A stretch of DNA of 64,000 nt, from the NCBI GenBank assembly GCA_963823665.1, contig CAWGMQ010000010.1:416001-480000 (forward strand). Reading direction: 5' to 3'. The DNA is from an uncultured Planctomycetota bacterium (lineage in GTDB: Bacteria > Planctomycetota > Planctomycetia > Isosphaerales > Isosphaeraceae). Numbering within the stretch: the first letter of the stretch is position 1; every line of letters begins with the position of its first letter. The translations under genes and the position numbers were made by a program. Below the pieces are notes generated by a model that saw only the letters and a program-made list of their open reading frames with translations, was not told the origin of the DNA and did not search any database. This document shows positions 1-10,350 of the stretch, in pieces.

Positions 1-36
1 CGGAGCTTTGCTCGGGCCGCAACATGATGGTGTCGC

Positions 37-1038
37 TTGGAGAACGATGGCGTGCTCTTACATTTCCATGCACCATGTTTTGATGGGATCGTGTCCGCGG
101 TTCTCGCGGCTCACTGGTTCCGACGGGAGTTTAGTCGGTCCGAAGTGTGGTTCCGCGAGGTCAACTACGATCTCAAGGATGAGTGGCTACAGAATGCTTT
201 GCCGCCAGATTCGGCAGTCGTGGATTTCCTGTATCATCCGGCGGCCGAGTGGTGGGCCGACCATCACGCGACAACGTTTCTCACTCCGGCGGCTGAGGCC
301 GATTACCTGGAGCGCCGGTCAAGTCATTTCCTCGAGTACGACGCACGAGCGCCGTCGTGCGCCGACGTATTATGGAAGAGATTTGGCGACCAGGGCGAGC
401 AGCTCAAAGAACTCGTGGACTGGGCGGGGGTCATTGACGCGGCCCGCTATCGCTCCGCTGAGCAGGCTATCTTCGCACGCGAGCCCGCACTCCGCCTGAG
501 CGCGGCCCTCGAAGCCACCGCGTATCCCGGCTTTCCCACGCAGCTCGTGCAACGGTTGTTGGTTCGCACTCTCGGGGAGGTTGCCCAGGACCCGCTGGTT
601 CTGAATCTGGCGAGGCGGTACGACGACTTGACCGAACGCGGCATGAATCGTTTCCGGGAACTGATTGCGAGAAACGACCCGGCCGGCGAAGTCCTTGTAC
701 GCCTGGAACCGCCCGGCATTGTCGTCTTTGACCTCACCGAAACGGCAGGTTTGGCGTTTCCGCGCTACGCCCCATTCTTCTTCTTTCCCGAGGCTGCCTA
801 TTCGGCGGGACTGACCCGAACGAGCCATTCCGCTAACCTGACGACGATGCGGAACCCTTGGCGCGACTTTCCGTGTGTTCACCTCGGCAATCTGTGTAAA
901 CACTGGGGCGGGGGCGGACACTCCCGCGTCGGTTCAATCCACTTGAGCGGCGAGCGGCTTGCGGACGCGTCGGCGCGGTTAGCAGGCCTGGTTGAGGAGA
1001 TCCGCCGCTCTGGCTTATTCCCCGGAGATGACTCGTGA
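37..1038 (+). CDS. DHH/DHHA1-family phosphoesterase
   Basis: Motifs HAPCFDGIVSA, VVDF, WWADHH, PSCA and C-terminal GGGGHSRVG; TTG start 9 bp after an in-frame stop at 25-27. Confidence 0.8.
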   Translation: MENDGVLLHFHAPCFDGIVSAVLAAHWFRREFSRSEVWFREVNYDLKDEWLQNALPPDSAVVDFLYHPAAEWWADHHATTFLTPAAEADYLERRSSHFLEYDARAPSCADVLWKRFGDQGEQLKELVDWAGVIDAARYRSAEQAIFAREPALRLSAALEATAYPGFPTQLVQRLLVRTLGEVAQDPLVLNLARRYDDLTERGMNRFRELIARNDPAGEVLVRLEPPGIVVFDLTETAGLAFPRYAPFFFFPEAAYSAGLTRTSHSANLTTMRNPWRDFPCVHLGNLCKHWGGGGHSRVGSIHLSGERLADASARLAGLVEEIRRSGLFPGDDS

Positions 1039-3788
1039 GCGACCCCGTGAAACCACCCGCTGTGAGCGAGCCACGGCGCTATCGCCGGGATGTCGACTTC
1101 GTATTGCGCAAGTCAGACTTTTATCTGAATTCAATCAGCCCCAGTCGATTCAGCCGCTTTTTTGGGATCACAGGGTATCCGCCAGTCGTCGTCCCTCTGT
1201 TCCTCGGATCTTTATGGGTGATATGGCACGGTCCTTCCCTCTTCCGAGCGACCTCCGCTCATCTCGGTTTCCTGCTCATGGCTTCGCTCGGGCGTCTACT
1301 GGCGCCCTCGTTCGCTCGGCAGCGATCGTTGCTGCAGTACCTCGCGCTCCTGCTGTTCTTGTCCTGGCTACTCGTGTGGATCATTGCCGGGGATGCGACT
1401 GAAGCCGACGGAGGTTGCTATCGGCACGCGCCGGCCATCGTCATCGCTTTCAGCTCATGCGCGGCTGCCGTTGTCGCTCCACTCCTCGCGAAGCTTTTGA
1501 TCGGCTGGTTTCGAGGCCAGTTCGAGCGCAGGCAAGATCTGGTCGATTCCGACAATCCGGCGGCGACGCTACCCTGGCGGTTTTCGACGTTCGGCGAGCT
1601 CCTTCCCATCACTGAAATGTTCTTCATCCCGGTCAAGCCAAGATTTGCACTCGCAGGTTTTCTGGTCACTTTGTTACCGACTCTCACTCGTTATGCGCTG
1701 CCCATATGCTGGGCGGCGGCCGTTGCATGTATTCTCGTTCCGCAGCAATACATGCTCATCGGCATATGTGGAGCTGGCGCCGGTGGGATGTTCTTTTTTT
1801 CGGTCGGCAACCTTCTGGGTGAGCGTTTCCGCACCATGTTCGATAGAGTGCATCTTTACCTGTTCAGCGGCGCGCCGCTGGCTCTGTCTCTGGGCGTGAT
1901 CATACTGGCAGTCTGTCGCTGGGAAGAATTTCAGTATGTCTCTATACTCTTGAACTCAACGCCTGGGCCGTTCTTGATTCTGCTGTTGCTATCCAGTTAT
2001 TGCTGTTTATGGCAGTATCAGCTTTGGACTCGAGAGGTATTGGCCGAACATCTGCTGGGATTGCTTGAGTACCCCATCACGCTGCGGATGCGTGCTCGCG
2101 TCCTCTATCCATTTGATAAGAGCAATCAAGATCCTGCCTACGCTACCAACGCATTGGCTGAACATCGGTATGTTCAGGTCCATGGCGGAGGGCTGGCCAT
2201 CATGGGCGAGTACATCGACCACAGCGACGGCCAGACGCATACTTGCTGGGAGTCGTACGGACCCTTTGAATTCTTCGATACCTTGGTCTCCAGGGCCTTT
2301 CGCCGCACCGACGTCAAGCAGGCGGTCCTGCGTTATCGCTTGGCCTTGGACCTCTTGATGCTCGGGATCAACTCTTATCTGGCTGTGCTGAACCTGGCAC
2401 TCGTGTTCTCGTTGGGCGGAGCAATCTACTACTACCTGAATGTGATGGAGCCGGACCCTGCCGTGAAGCTGGTGCAGCAGGCACCTGGAGATCCCTCGCA
2501 GAAGACCGTATCCAAACTGTTGTTCGACAATTCGCCGAAACGGGTCCTCATGGTCGCGGCGTCCGGAGGTGGTTCGCGCGCGGCGCTCTACACCGCGTCA
2601 CTTCTTCATGGCCTTTCCCGCATCGGCGCCATCGATGACGTCAAGCTCACGAGCGGCGTTTCCGGCGGCGGCGCCGGTCTTGCTTACTTCGGGCTCCATC
2701 ACCAGGAGCTGTGTCAGAAGTCCGCTGATCAAGCCTGGAATCGAGCCTACGAGGCACTCGGCGCCCCGTTCATCGATGAGGTCGTGCGCGGCAGCATCGA
2801 GACGCGCATCATTCGTGGAGGGCAGCTCGGACTGCTGCTCACCGAGAGCTTCGAGCGACACATGGACGCCAAGAAGTCGAATACTGCGACGCTCGGAACA
2901 GCTCCCCTCGCGATGATATTCAACACGACTTTGTGCGGCGAAAGCGAGTGGCGTGATGGGCGCTGGTCTCCACCGAATGCGGAAGATGCCGGTGGACGCG
3001 TTCTGTTCACGAACCTCTATCCGCGCAGCCTTTTCCCGCACCCGGATAGGGCCAATCCGCAAACGATTGCCTGGCGATTCGAGGTGATCACCGATCCCGC
3101 TGTCCGCCTGACGCAGGCCGCCGCCGCCAACGCGAACTTTCCTCCGGTCTTCGGCAACCTGGGCGTGGCGATCCAGAGACAGCACCTGTTCTGGATAACC
3201 GACGGCGGGGCCGCCGACAACCGCGGCCTCGAATCGCTGTTGCTGGCCCTGAAATCCGCCCTCGTTGATGAAGCCAAGCAACCGAACGACGTTCGCCGCA
3301 AGCCCCCGGCGCTCTATCTGATCGTCGCGGAAGCATCAGGATTCAGTCTGGACTACTCGCATGATCAAGGTTTGGGCGCCAAGATGAATGCGTCACAACA
3401 GATCACCAATCAACTCATATTTGAGCTCCTCGATGAAATTCGCGATCTCTACGAAAAACTGGGGGCGGACCGAAGTGCCGTGCAATTTCACTACCTTGCC
3501 ATGCCGCGCGTGTATTGCACTCGCGGCGGGATTGCCACGCACTGGATGCTGCCAAGTTCCACGACCTTGGTGGATCCCCGGGAGCCAGATGCGACCCGCG
3601 CCATATCCGCACGCGTGACGCAGGATGAAATCGTCGAGTTGCTCAAAGAGTTGCATCCCGCCACCGACCCGCCTCCGCTCGGTGATCCGAAGCAGAACAT
3701 TGACCAGGTGCGAACGTGGGTCCGGCAGGATCCGCATGGCGAACGTTGGCGGCAACTTCGAAAAGCATTGACGAACGAACAAAAGTAG
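1035..3788 (+). CDS. Multi-TM membrane protein fused to a C-terminal patatin-like phospholipase
   Basis: Many hydrophobic helices in first ~470 aa, then AASGGGSRAA, SGVSGGG (GxSxG) and TDGG; GTGA overlap with upstream stop. Confidence 0.8.
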   Translation: MSDPVKPPAVSEPRRYRRDVDFVLRKSDFYLNSISPSRFSRFFGITGYPPVVVPLFLGSLWVIWHGPSLFRATSAHLGFLLMASLGRLLAPSFARQRSLLQYLALLLFLSWLLVWIIAGDATEADGGCYRHAPAIVIAFSSCAAAVVAPLLAKLLIGWFRGQFERRQDLVDSDNPAATLPWRFSTFGELLPITEMFFIPVKPRFALAGFLVTLLPTLTRYALPICWAAAVACILVPQQYMLIGICGAGAGGMFFFSVGNLLGERFRTMFDRVHLYLFSGAPLALSLGVIILAVCRWEEFQYVSILLNSTPGPFLILLLLSSYCCLWQYQLWTREVLAEHLLGLLEYPITLRMRARVLYPFDKSNQDPAYATNALAEHRYVQVHGGGLAIMGEYIDHSDGQTHTCWESYGPFEFFDTLVSRAFRRTDVKQAVLRYRLALDLLMLGINSYLAVLNLALVFSLGGAIYYYLNVMEPDPAVKLVQQAPGDPSQKTVSKLLFDNSPKRVLMVAASGGGSRAALYTASLLHGLSRIGAIDDVKLTSGVSGGGAGLAYFGLHHQELCQKSADQAWNRAYEALGAPFIDEVVRGSIETRIIRGGQLGLLLTESFERHMDAKKSNTATLGTAPLAMIFNTTLCGESEWRDGRWSPPNAEDAGGRVLFTNLYPRSLFPHPDRANPQTIAWRFEVITDPAVRLTQAAAANANFPPVFGNLGVAIQRQHLFWITDGGAADNRGLESLLLALKSALVDEAKQPNDVRRKPPALYLIVAEASGFSLDYSHDQGLGAKMNASQQITNQLIFELLDEIRDLYEKLGADRSAVQFHYLAMPRVYCTRGGIATHWMLPSSTTLVDPREPDATRAISARVTQDEIVELLKELHPATDPPPLGDPKQNIDQVRTWVRQDPHGERWRQLRKALTNEQK

Positions 3789-3909
3789 AATCGAGGGCCG
3801 CCGAGTCGGAGGGGTCCGGCTGCAGGAGCCGGGCCGGAGATTCGTAGACCCGGCCCACCCGGACGCCCTGATTCGACGTCCCCTGTGACTTTGATCACTC
3901 GGACTGACC

Positions 3910-4455
3910 ATGACAAACGACTCGACCCCCGCCGCAGAGATGCCTCGCAAGGGAGCACTGATCGCCGGGGGAACGCTCTTTTTGCTCGGGTGGATCTGCC
4001 CGCTTTTTGTGCCGCTCGTGGCTGCCTCGAATCTCCCCATCGCGTGGAAGGCGGCCGCGTCGGGCGCCCTGCTGATCGGGCTCCCCGAGCTGCTCATCGT
4101 GGCCTCGATCGCTGTCCTGGGCCAGTCCGGCTATCGATACGTGAAAGGACGACTGCTGACGGCCCTGAAGCGGTATGGTCCGCCCGAGGTCGTGGGACCG
4201 ACGCGCTACCACATCGGCCTGGTCCTGTTCGTCCTGCCTCTGTTCCTCGGCTTCCTCGAGCCCTACCTGGGACACATGGTGCCGAGGCTCGCCGAGAACC
4301 GCATTGTTTTCTGCGTGGCGTGCGACCTGGTGTTCCTCTCCAGCCTGTTCGTGCTCGGTGGCGAGTTCTGGGACAAGCTGAGGGCGCTGTTCGTGCACGG
4401 CGCGAAAGCCCGATTTCCGGAGACTGGGGCGCCATCAGAGCCGGCCGGCACTTGA
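3910..4455 (+). CDS. Small 4-TM membrane protein (transporter-suffix-domain-like)
   Basis: Four hydrophobic segments ending in SLFVLGGEFWDKLRALF. Confidence 0.7.
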   Translation: MTNDSTPAAEMPRKGALIAGGTLFLLGWICPLFVPLVAASNLPIAWKAAASGALLIGLPELLIVASIAVLGQSGYRYVKGRLLTALKRYGPPEVVGPTRYHIGLVLFVLPLFLGFLEPYLGHMVPRLAENRIVFCVACDLVFLSSLFVLGGEFWDKLRALFVHGAKARFPETGAPSEPAGT

Positions 4456-4660
4456 GCGGCCCCATGGTGACCATGCGGTCCTTCGTCTCCGTGCGCCCGG
4501 CCAACCTGCGGGGACACGACGTCCTCCCTCATTACATCAATGGAACGCTTTTTGCGGGATATTGATCCTCGAGGGGGCGGCCGCACGATAAATACCGAAC
4601 GAGGAAGCTCGGCGGCACGGAGGCACCGAGAAAACCATCGCCCCCATTCGGGCCTCGACC

Positions 4661-6082
4661 ATGAGCGTAGATCGCCGCGATTTCCTGCGAATGGCGACAT
4701 CCGCGGCCGCGCTTGTCGCGACAGGAAACGAGATTGTCCAGGGCGAAGACCGCCCTGCAACGCTTCCCGATCGCCAAGTCGACGTGGTGGTCGTCGGGGC
4801 GGGGCTGGCGGGCCTGACGACGGCGCGTGAATTGGAGAAGGGCGGCGCGTCGGTCTGCGTGCTCGAGGCCCGGGATCGCGTCGGCGGCCGTACGCTCGAT
4901 CACCCGATCGGCGGAGGTCACGTCGCCGAAGGGGGCGGGCAGTATGTGGGTCCCGGCCAGGAGCGCGTTCTCGCGCTCGCGAGTGAGCTGGGCATCGCAA
5001 CCTTTCCCACCTACCTAAATGGTAAGACCGTTCTGTCGCTCGGCGGTTGGAGATTCGCACTGGCGTCCTCCGAAGCGGAGTCGGCCGATCTCAAGCGTGT
5101 GAAGCAACTCCTGGAATCGCTCGCGGCGACCGTCTCCACCGACGCCCCCTGGGCTGCCAAGCATGCCCGCGAGTGGGACGACCAAACTGTCGCCGGCTGG
5201 CTCGACAAGAACACTCGCGACGTCGCGACCAGGCTGGTCTTCGACATCAGCATCAAGACGGAACTCGGCCCGCCCTCGAGCATCTCGCTCTTGTATTACC
5301 TGTTCATCATACGCTCGGCGGGAAGCATTCACGCCCTCGATGTTGATGCGCAGGAGCGACGGTTCTTGGGCGGGTCGCAATCGATCTCGAAGGGGCTTGC
5401 CCGACCGCTGTCCGATAGGCTGGTGCTCGACTCGCCCGTTCTACGGATCGTGGACGAAGACGGGGCGAGGGTCGAGGTTGAATCGAAGCGAGTCAAGGTG
5501 CTGGCCCGGCGGGTGGTGGTTGCGATGATGCCCGCGGACACGCGACGGATCGCCTTCACGCCCGGATTGCCGCCGGCACGGCGTGGCCTGGTGGAGGCAT
5601 GGCGAGGCGATCAGTCGATCAAGGTGAACGTCGTCTATGACGAGCCATTCTGGCGGAAGGACGGCTTGAGCGGGCTGGGTCTGTCCGACCGGCCGCCGAT
5701 CGGTGTTACGTTCGACAACTCTCCGCCCGACGGATCGTGTGGCGTTCTGCTTGCATTCCTGACCGAGGGCGACGTGCCCAAGAGCCCAGACGTGCGCCGC
5801 GCCGCCGTGCTGGCGAAGCTGGTGGAGTTGTTCGGCAGGCGCGCGAAGACACCGGTCGCCTACCTCGAGAACGACTGGTCGTGTGACGGCTGGACCACTG
5901 GATGCGTGTCCCCCGTGCCCCGAAACGTCCTGACGCGGTTTGGCCACGCCCTGCGTACGCCCGTCAGCCGGATCCACTGGGCCGGGACCGAGACGTCGGA
6001 AGCTTGGTGCGGCTACATGGACGGTGCGGTGCGATCGGGCGAACGGGCCGCGGCCGAAGTGCTGGCCTCGCTTCGGGGCTGA
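4661..6082 (+). CDS. Tat-exported flavin monoamine oxidase family protein
   Basis: DRRDFL twin-arginine signal, GAGLAG, EARDRVGGR, HWAGTET...GYMDGAVRSGERAA. Confidence 0.9.
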   Translation: MSVDRRDFLRMATSAAALVATGNEIVQGEDRPATLPDRQVDVVVVGAGLAGLTTARELEKGGASVCVLEARDRVGGRTLDHPIGGGHVAEGGGQYVGPGQERVLALASELGIATFPTYLNGKTVLSLGGWRFALASSEAESADLKRVKQLLESLAATVSTDAPWAAKHAREWDDQTVAGWLDKNTRDVATRLVFDISIKTELGPPSSISLLYYLFIIRSAGSIHALDVDAQERRFLGGSQSISKGLARPLSDRLVLDSPVLRIVDEDGARVEVESKRVKVLARRVVVAMMPADTRRIAFTPGLPPARRGLVEAWRGDQSIKVNVVYDEPFWRKDGLSGLGLSDRPPIGVTFDNSPPDGSCGVLLAFLTEGDVPKSPDVRRAAVLAKLVELFGRRAKTPVAYLENDWSCDGWTTGCVSPVPRNVLTRFGHALRTPVSRIHWAGTETSEAWCGYMDGAVRSGERAAAEVLASLRG

Positions 6083-6163
6083 TCGAATCGGCCCTACTTG
6101 TCGGCCAGCGCTTCAGCCACAGCCTTCTCAAGCGCGGTGCCTTGGAGGGATGTCAGACATCCA

Positions 6164-6274
6164 CTCCACTTCGCCAAGCCCTACAAGGGCGCCGTGAAGG
6201 TGACGGTCCTCGCCGTTATCACGGCTGCCGACGCTGCGTCAAGTACGACTGACTACTCGGCGGTCGTCGGCTAG
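6164..6274 (+). pseudogene. 3' remnant of a planctomycete extracellular-protein gene
   Basis: Reads LHFAKPYKGAVKVTVLAVITAADAASSTTDYSAVVG-stop with no preceding gene body; its end is shared with 23761-23788. Confidence 0.45.
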
Positions 6275-6285
6275 GGGAGGTGACG
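6258..6285 (+). repeat. 28-bp direct repeat, copy 1
   Basis: CGGCGGTCGTCGGCTAGGGGAGG(T/A)GACG, 27/28 identical to 23761-23788. Confidence 0.85.
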
Positions 6286-6317
6286 CTGATCGCCTGACCC
6301 GCGGTCGGTGAAGTCGC

Positions 6318-6345
6318 TTGACCAGGCGCTCGCCGGGCACATAAT
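6318..6345 (+). promoter_or_regulatory. Putative sigma70 promoter of ssrA
   Basis: TTGACC-N16-CATAAT, 46 bp upstream of the mature tmRNA 5' end. Confidence 0.5.
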
Positions 6346-6391
6346 GAGAATAGCTGTGCGAAAGCGCAGCTCCAGGTGGTGTTCGACGTAC

Positions 6392-6757
6392 GGGGGCGAA
6401 CCAGGATCGACCGGATGTCTGACGCGACTGGTGGCGTGCCGAGGTTGGTCAGCGGGCCTCGTAAAAAGCAGACCAAAAACTTTAAGTGCCAACAGCAATG
6501 TTGCACTCCGTCTCGCTGCCTAAAAAACAGCAACGGCCTCGCGCCGCGTCTTCTCCCGAGAGACGCGGCCGGGGACGCCAATTCGGGATCGCTCGAGCCT
6601 AACCGCCGGTTGCAGCTCGGGTTAAATTCATGGCTGGCTAAGCCGAAGAGAACCATGCCGATCGGGGTCTCAAGGCCGACAATCAAATGATCGGATACGC
6701 ACGTAGATGCCGTCGCTGATGCTTCTCGGGACGCGGGTGCAATTCCCGCCGCCTCCA
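6392..6757 (+). ncRNA. ssrA: tmRNA, tag peptide ANSNVALRLAA
   Basis: 5' GGGGGCG pairs with 3' CGCCTCC-A including the G3:U Ala determinant; T-arm GCGGG-TGCAATT-CCCGC; tag frame 6488-6523 ends LAA-stop; CCA not encoded. Confidence 0.95.
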
Positions 6758-6975
6758 CTGTTTGCGTTGTAACTCGTTTTCTTGAAAAAACTTGTGCGCA
6801 CGATGGACGCGGGCAAGTAACCCGCCGCCATTGAGTACCTTAAACCGGCGACGTTCATGATAAACATTTCGCCAATAACAGTTTAGGCCGTCGATGTCGG
6901 AACAACTCTGAGTCAAGACGTATTGTAATTTACCTGCGTCGCTGCCGGAATCCCGACCAATTCGTACTTCGCCCA

Positions 6976-8123
6976 TCAAAAGCGAAGGCCGATCACGTTC
7001 CAGTAGATCATGTACGGGACAAAGAGGACCAAGCAAAGGACATCAAGTGAGAACCGGATTTTTCTCGCTGCCGTCCAGCCGTGGTTGCGGGGAGTCCTGG
7101 CAAGCACGATCAGCAGAGCGACGGTCGCCAGCGTGGAAACGGTCCCCAGCAGTGGAACGAACAGCAGGACGGAAGGACAGCTCGGGTGCAGTTGGTCAAG
7201 CACCAACAATGCGGTGATCGAAAACGTGACAAGAATCAGAAAGTTCAGGGCGGCGATCGCGCGTTTCAAGTTCACAACCCTGTTGGATGCTGGTAAAGCC
7301 ACACTTTGCCGACGGCGGAATAAGCGGGTCAAAGAGCACCGGACACTTGCGATCGCGTTGGCACTGAAACTGATGAGGAAGAGAATCCATAGTGCTGCCT
7401 GGACTGTTCCGTTGCCATACCATCGCAGGCTTTCGTAGCTTGCCAACCTGGGAAGAATCCCTGCTTCCGGGGCGACGCCCTCCTGTTTCATTTTGCCGAT
7501 CTCCGAAGGGCGATCGATCGCGCTCCAGGCCCAGTCGGTCATCGTTAGTAGAACATCATGCCCTCGGCGACGGATGCCCCCACGACAATGACGAATCGAA
7601 TGTCCTCGGATCGAGACGTCGCGGCGGCGCCGATGTAGGCACCCTGACTGAGCCCCAAGCTGCCAATCTGTGATTTTTCAATCTCGTGGCGCTGCTTCAC
7701 GAAGGCGACAGCGGAAAGAGCGTCATTGACCAGGTTCTCGTAGGGCTCATAACTCTCGTAAACGCCGCCGGACTGACCCGTTCCGCGCTTGTCGTAGATC
7801 AATGCGGCAATACCCCGGCTCGCAAAATACCCACCAATCTCACGGTACGGCTCGCGAGTCTGTGGGCCCGCGCCATGGACAAAGACGACGGCCGGAACAG
7901 GAGTTTGGCTTCTCGGCAAAAGCAGACTTCCGGCAAGCTTGACGGCCTGGTTGTGGAACTCGACGGAGTGCTCTTCGAACCTGGATTTCGGCCCGATTTC
8001 ATCAGCATGGGTCGCCGGATCTGTCACTCCTATCACAAACGCGACGACAGGTATCGCGGCAGCCATCGTTGGTAGGTGGTGGCGCCGCCAGGACGAACCG
8101 ATCCGGGACACTAAGTCCGCCAT
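6976..8123 (-). pseudogene. Alpha/beta hydrolase with C-terminal membrane domain, broken (probable internal deletion)
   Basis: VFVHGAG, YDKRGTG and GLSQG, then stop at 7545-7547; TM-rich C-terminal part in another frame (6976-7542); no catalytic Asp/His region visible. Confidence 0.6.
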
Positions 8124-8259
8124 AGGCGCCTCGGTAGCTCGAACGGATACGGTTGGCGGGGTGGAACACGGGACGACCTGGCCCATCAGTTTCCCCCCCC
8201 GATCTGTTGCGATCTTGACTCCGTTGCTTGGTCGATGCAATAGAAAGAACCATAGAATG

Positions 8260-8345
8260 TTACGCCATCAGTCGCCGCCGCAACTCGGCTTTCCAGCCTT
8301 GTACACCGACCACAAAAAGTTCTAACGGTGTCCAGTCGCCCCGAC
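8260..8345 (-). mobile_element. Possible att-site scar: recombinase C-terminal-like fragment joined to a tRNA-Pro-like 3' end
   Basis: Minus strand RRGDWTPLELFVVGVQGWKAELRRRL; plus strand 8331-8345 TCCAGTCGCCCCGAC resembles a tRNA-Pro 3' end. Recalled similarity only. Confidence 0.35.
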
Positions 8346-8583
8346 GGTTTCGCAAACTCAAATTCCGCCTCTGGTTGCGGAAGCAACTGGCGACGGGTTT
8401 GAACTTTTGAGAGGCAACGGCGGATTCCTTTGGCGACACGAATCGAGAGATTGACTTCTTAGCAATTCTTTTGAGAAATTCTGCTCTGTGTGTCGATTTC
8501 GTCCTGGCCCGTTCGACCATGGAGTGAGCGCTCGGCAAATAAGCTACTCGACAAGTTGTCTCGCATTTCGAAGGAAACCTTCC

Positions 8584-9879
8584 ATGCCGACTATCCCAAA
8601 GACACGCTGGCTACTGGTTCTCTGCCTGCCCGCGCTGCTTACCCCCATTACCCACGGCCAGTCCGTGGCGAAAGTAACGCCACAGGAAGCCGGGCTCTCT
8701 TCTACGGCGCTACAGCAGATCGATGTTCTGCTCGAGCAAGCGGTCGACCGCAAACAAGTTGCGGGAGCGGTGGCCCTGCTCGCTCGCGACGGAAAGGTCG
8801 GTTACCTCCGGGCAAAGGGTTTTCAGGATGTCGAAGCTGGCAAGGCGATGACTACAGACACACTCTTCCGCATTGCCTCGATGAGCAAGCCGGTGACCAG
8901 TGTCGCCGTCATGATCCTGGTTGACGACGGCCGGCTGACGGTTACCGATCCGGTGTCCAAGTATCTTCCCGAGTTCAAGAATCCGAAGGTGCTCTTGCCG
9001 GGATCCGGAGGCGATTCCAAACTGGTTCCGGCCAGCCGGGAGATCACCATCCACAACCTGCTGACGCACACCTCGGGCCTTACCTATCGCTTCATGGCGC
9101 AGAAACCTTTCGATGAACTCTATCACAAGGCCGACATCTGCGACGGGCTTACTCGGCCCTCCTTCACGTTGGCCGAGAACGTGCGTCACCTGGCCTCATT
9201 GCCGCTCGTCCATCAGCCGGGGAGTGCCTTTCAATACAGCCTGTCGACCGACGTGCTGGGCAGGCTGGTGGAGGTGATCTCCGGCCAGGATCTTGAATCT
9301 TTCATGCGCAGACGGATCTTTGAGCCGCTCGGCATGAACGACACTTACTTCGATCTGCCTGCCGACAAGACCAGCCGTCTCGCCGTTGTTTACGAACCGG
9401 GACCGGACAAGCGCATCCGCCGCCTCGGCGAGGAACCGGTGCAAAAGGGGGAGCTCGTTTACTGCGTTACCTGCCCCTACCGAGGACAGTGCGCCTACTG
9501 TTCCGGCGGAGCGGGCCTGACTTCGAGCGCTGCCGATTACGCTCGCTTTCTCCAAATGCTCTCAAACGGCGGCCAATGGAACGGCACTCGCATTCTCAAG
9601 CCGGCAACCGTCCGGGAAATGACTAGCAACCAGATTGGCGACCTCAATTTTATGATGCCAACTAACCGCTTCGGTTACGGTTTTGCCATCGTGACTGGTG
9701 GGGACAAGGACGAGGCGGCTTCGGTTGGGTCTTACGCTTGGGGCGGTTTCTACAACACGGGCTTCTGGGTCGATCCGGAGAAGAAACTGGTCGGCGTCTT
9801 CATGACGCAGATTTATCCCTCGGAGCAGCCCGGGTTGTATGGCGATTTCATAAAATTGGCTTCTGCGGCGACGCAGTAG
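8584..9879 (+). CDS. Secreted serine hydrolase, beta-lactamase/class C-like family
   Basis: Signal peptide, FRIASMSK (SxxK), LLTHTSG, FQYS, GGAGL, WGG; ATG 8584 chosen as start. Confidence 0.9.
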   Translation: MPTIPKTRWLLVLCLPALLTPITHGQSVAKVTPQEAGLSSTALQQIDVLLEQAVDRKQVAGAVALLARDGKVGYLRAKGFQDVEAGKAMTTDTLFRIASMSKPVTSVAVMILVDDGRLTVTDPVSKYLPEFKNPKVLLPGSGGDSKLVPASREITIHNLLTHTSGLTYRFMAQKPFDELYHKADICDGLTRPSFTLAENVRHLASLPLVHQPGSAFQYSLSTDVLGRLVEVISGQDLESFMRRRIFEPLGMNDTYFDLPADKTSRLAVVYEPGPDKRIRRLGEEPVQKGELVYCVTCPYRGQCAYCSGGAGLTSSAADYARFLQMLSNGGQWNGTRILKPATVREMTSNQIGDLNFMMPTNRFGYGFAIVTGGDKDEAASVGSYAWGGFYNTGFWVDPEKKLVGVFMTQIYPSEQPGLYGDFIKLASAATQ

Positions 9880-9970
9880 TTCTCCTTGGTGAACACGAAT
9901 GGCTTACCGAGAAGGATGTTGTCGCCCTCGATCTCGGTCTTGCCGAGCCGGCCGGCGTCGCGAAGCCCCT
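9880..9970 (-). pseudogene. Fragment resembling the C-terminus of a rhamnose/AI-2-type ABC substrate-binding protein
   Basis: AGRLGKTEIEGDNILLGKPFVFTKEN, cut at the serine hydrolase stop codon. Confidence 0.4.
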
Positions 9971-10350
9971 GAGATGGCCGCGATGTGGCACAGCACACAA
10001 TGGAGGAACTGGCGCACCCCCGCGCCGGGATCGTAGGGTTCGCCAATCGCTTCCCGCCACGGCTTTGATCTCATGGGTCGAGAGGGTTGCCCGCAGCCCC
10101 TCGTGCTTACTCGTCAATCGTTTAACGCTTACGATTACCCGTAAACGGCATGATTTTGCGGGTTTTTGTTGACTTAGGCTTTTGCGTCGGTTATTGCTGC
10201 TGCGTACCGACTCTTCCCGTGTTCGATTCGGGTCGGCAACGGAAGCGGGCGGATCGACCCTTGCCGCCGGTGGGATGAATCCATCGCGCGATGCGCTCCG
10301 CGGCTCCCTGTCACAGGCTTTGGCGCGCTGCTTTACCGGATTCCGAGCCG

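Noticed and set aside
6219..6758. 179-aa minus-strand ORF and other ORFs over 6271-6690
   Set aside because: They are shadows of the tmRNA gene.
8584..9879. Antibiotic-resistance beta-lactamase
   Set aside because: SxxK, YS and WGG pattern fits the broad esterase/serine hydrolase group; resistance cannot be inferred.
10160..10350. Riboswitch or ncRNA leader before the EEP gene
   Set aside because: A short GGGTCG/CGACCC stem is present but I recognise no family consensus; an Rfam/Infernal scan would be needed.
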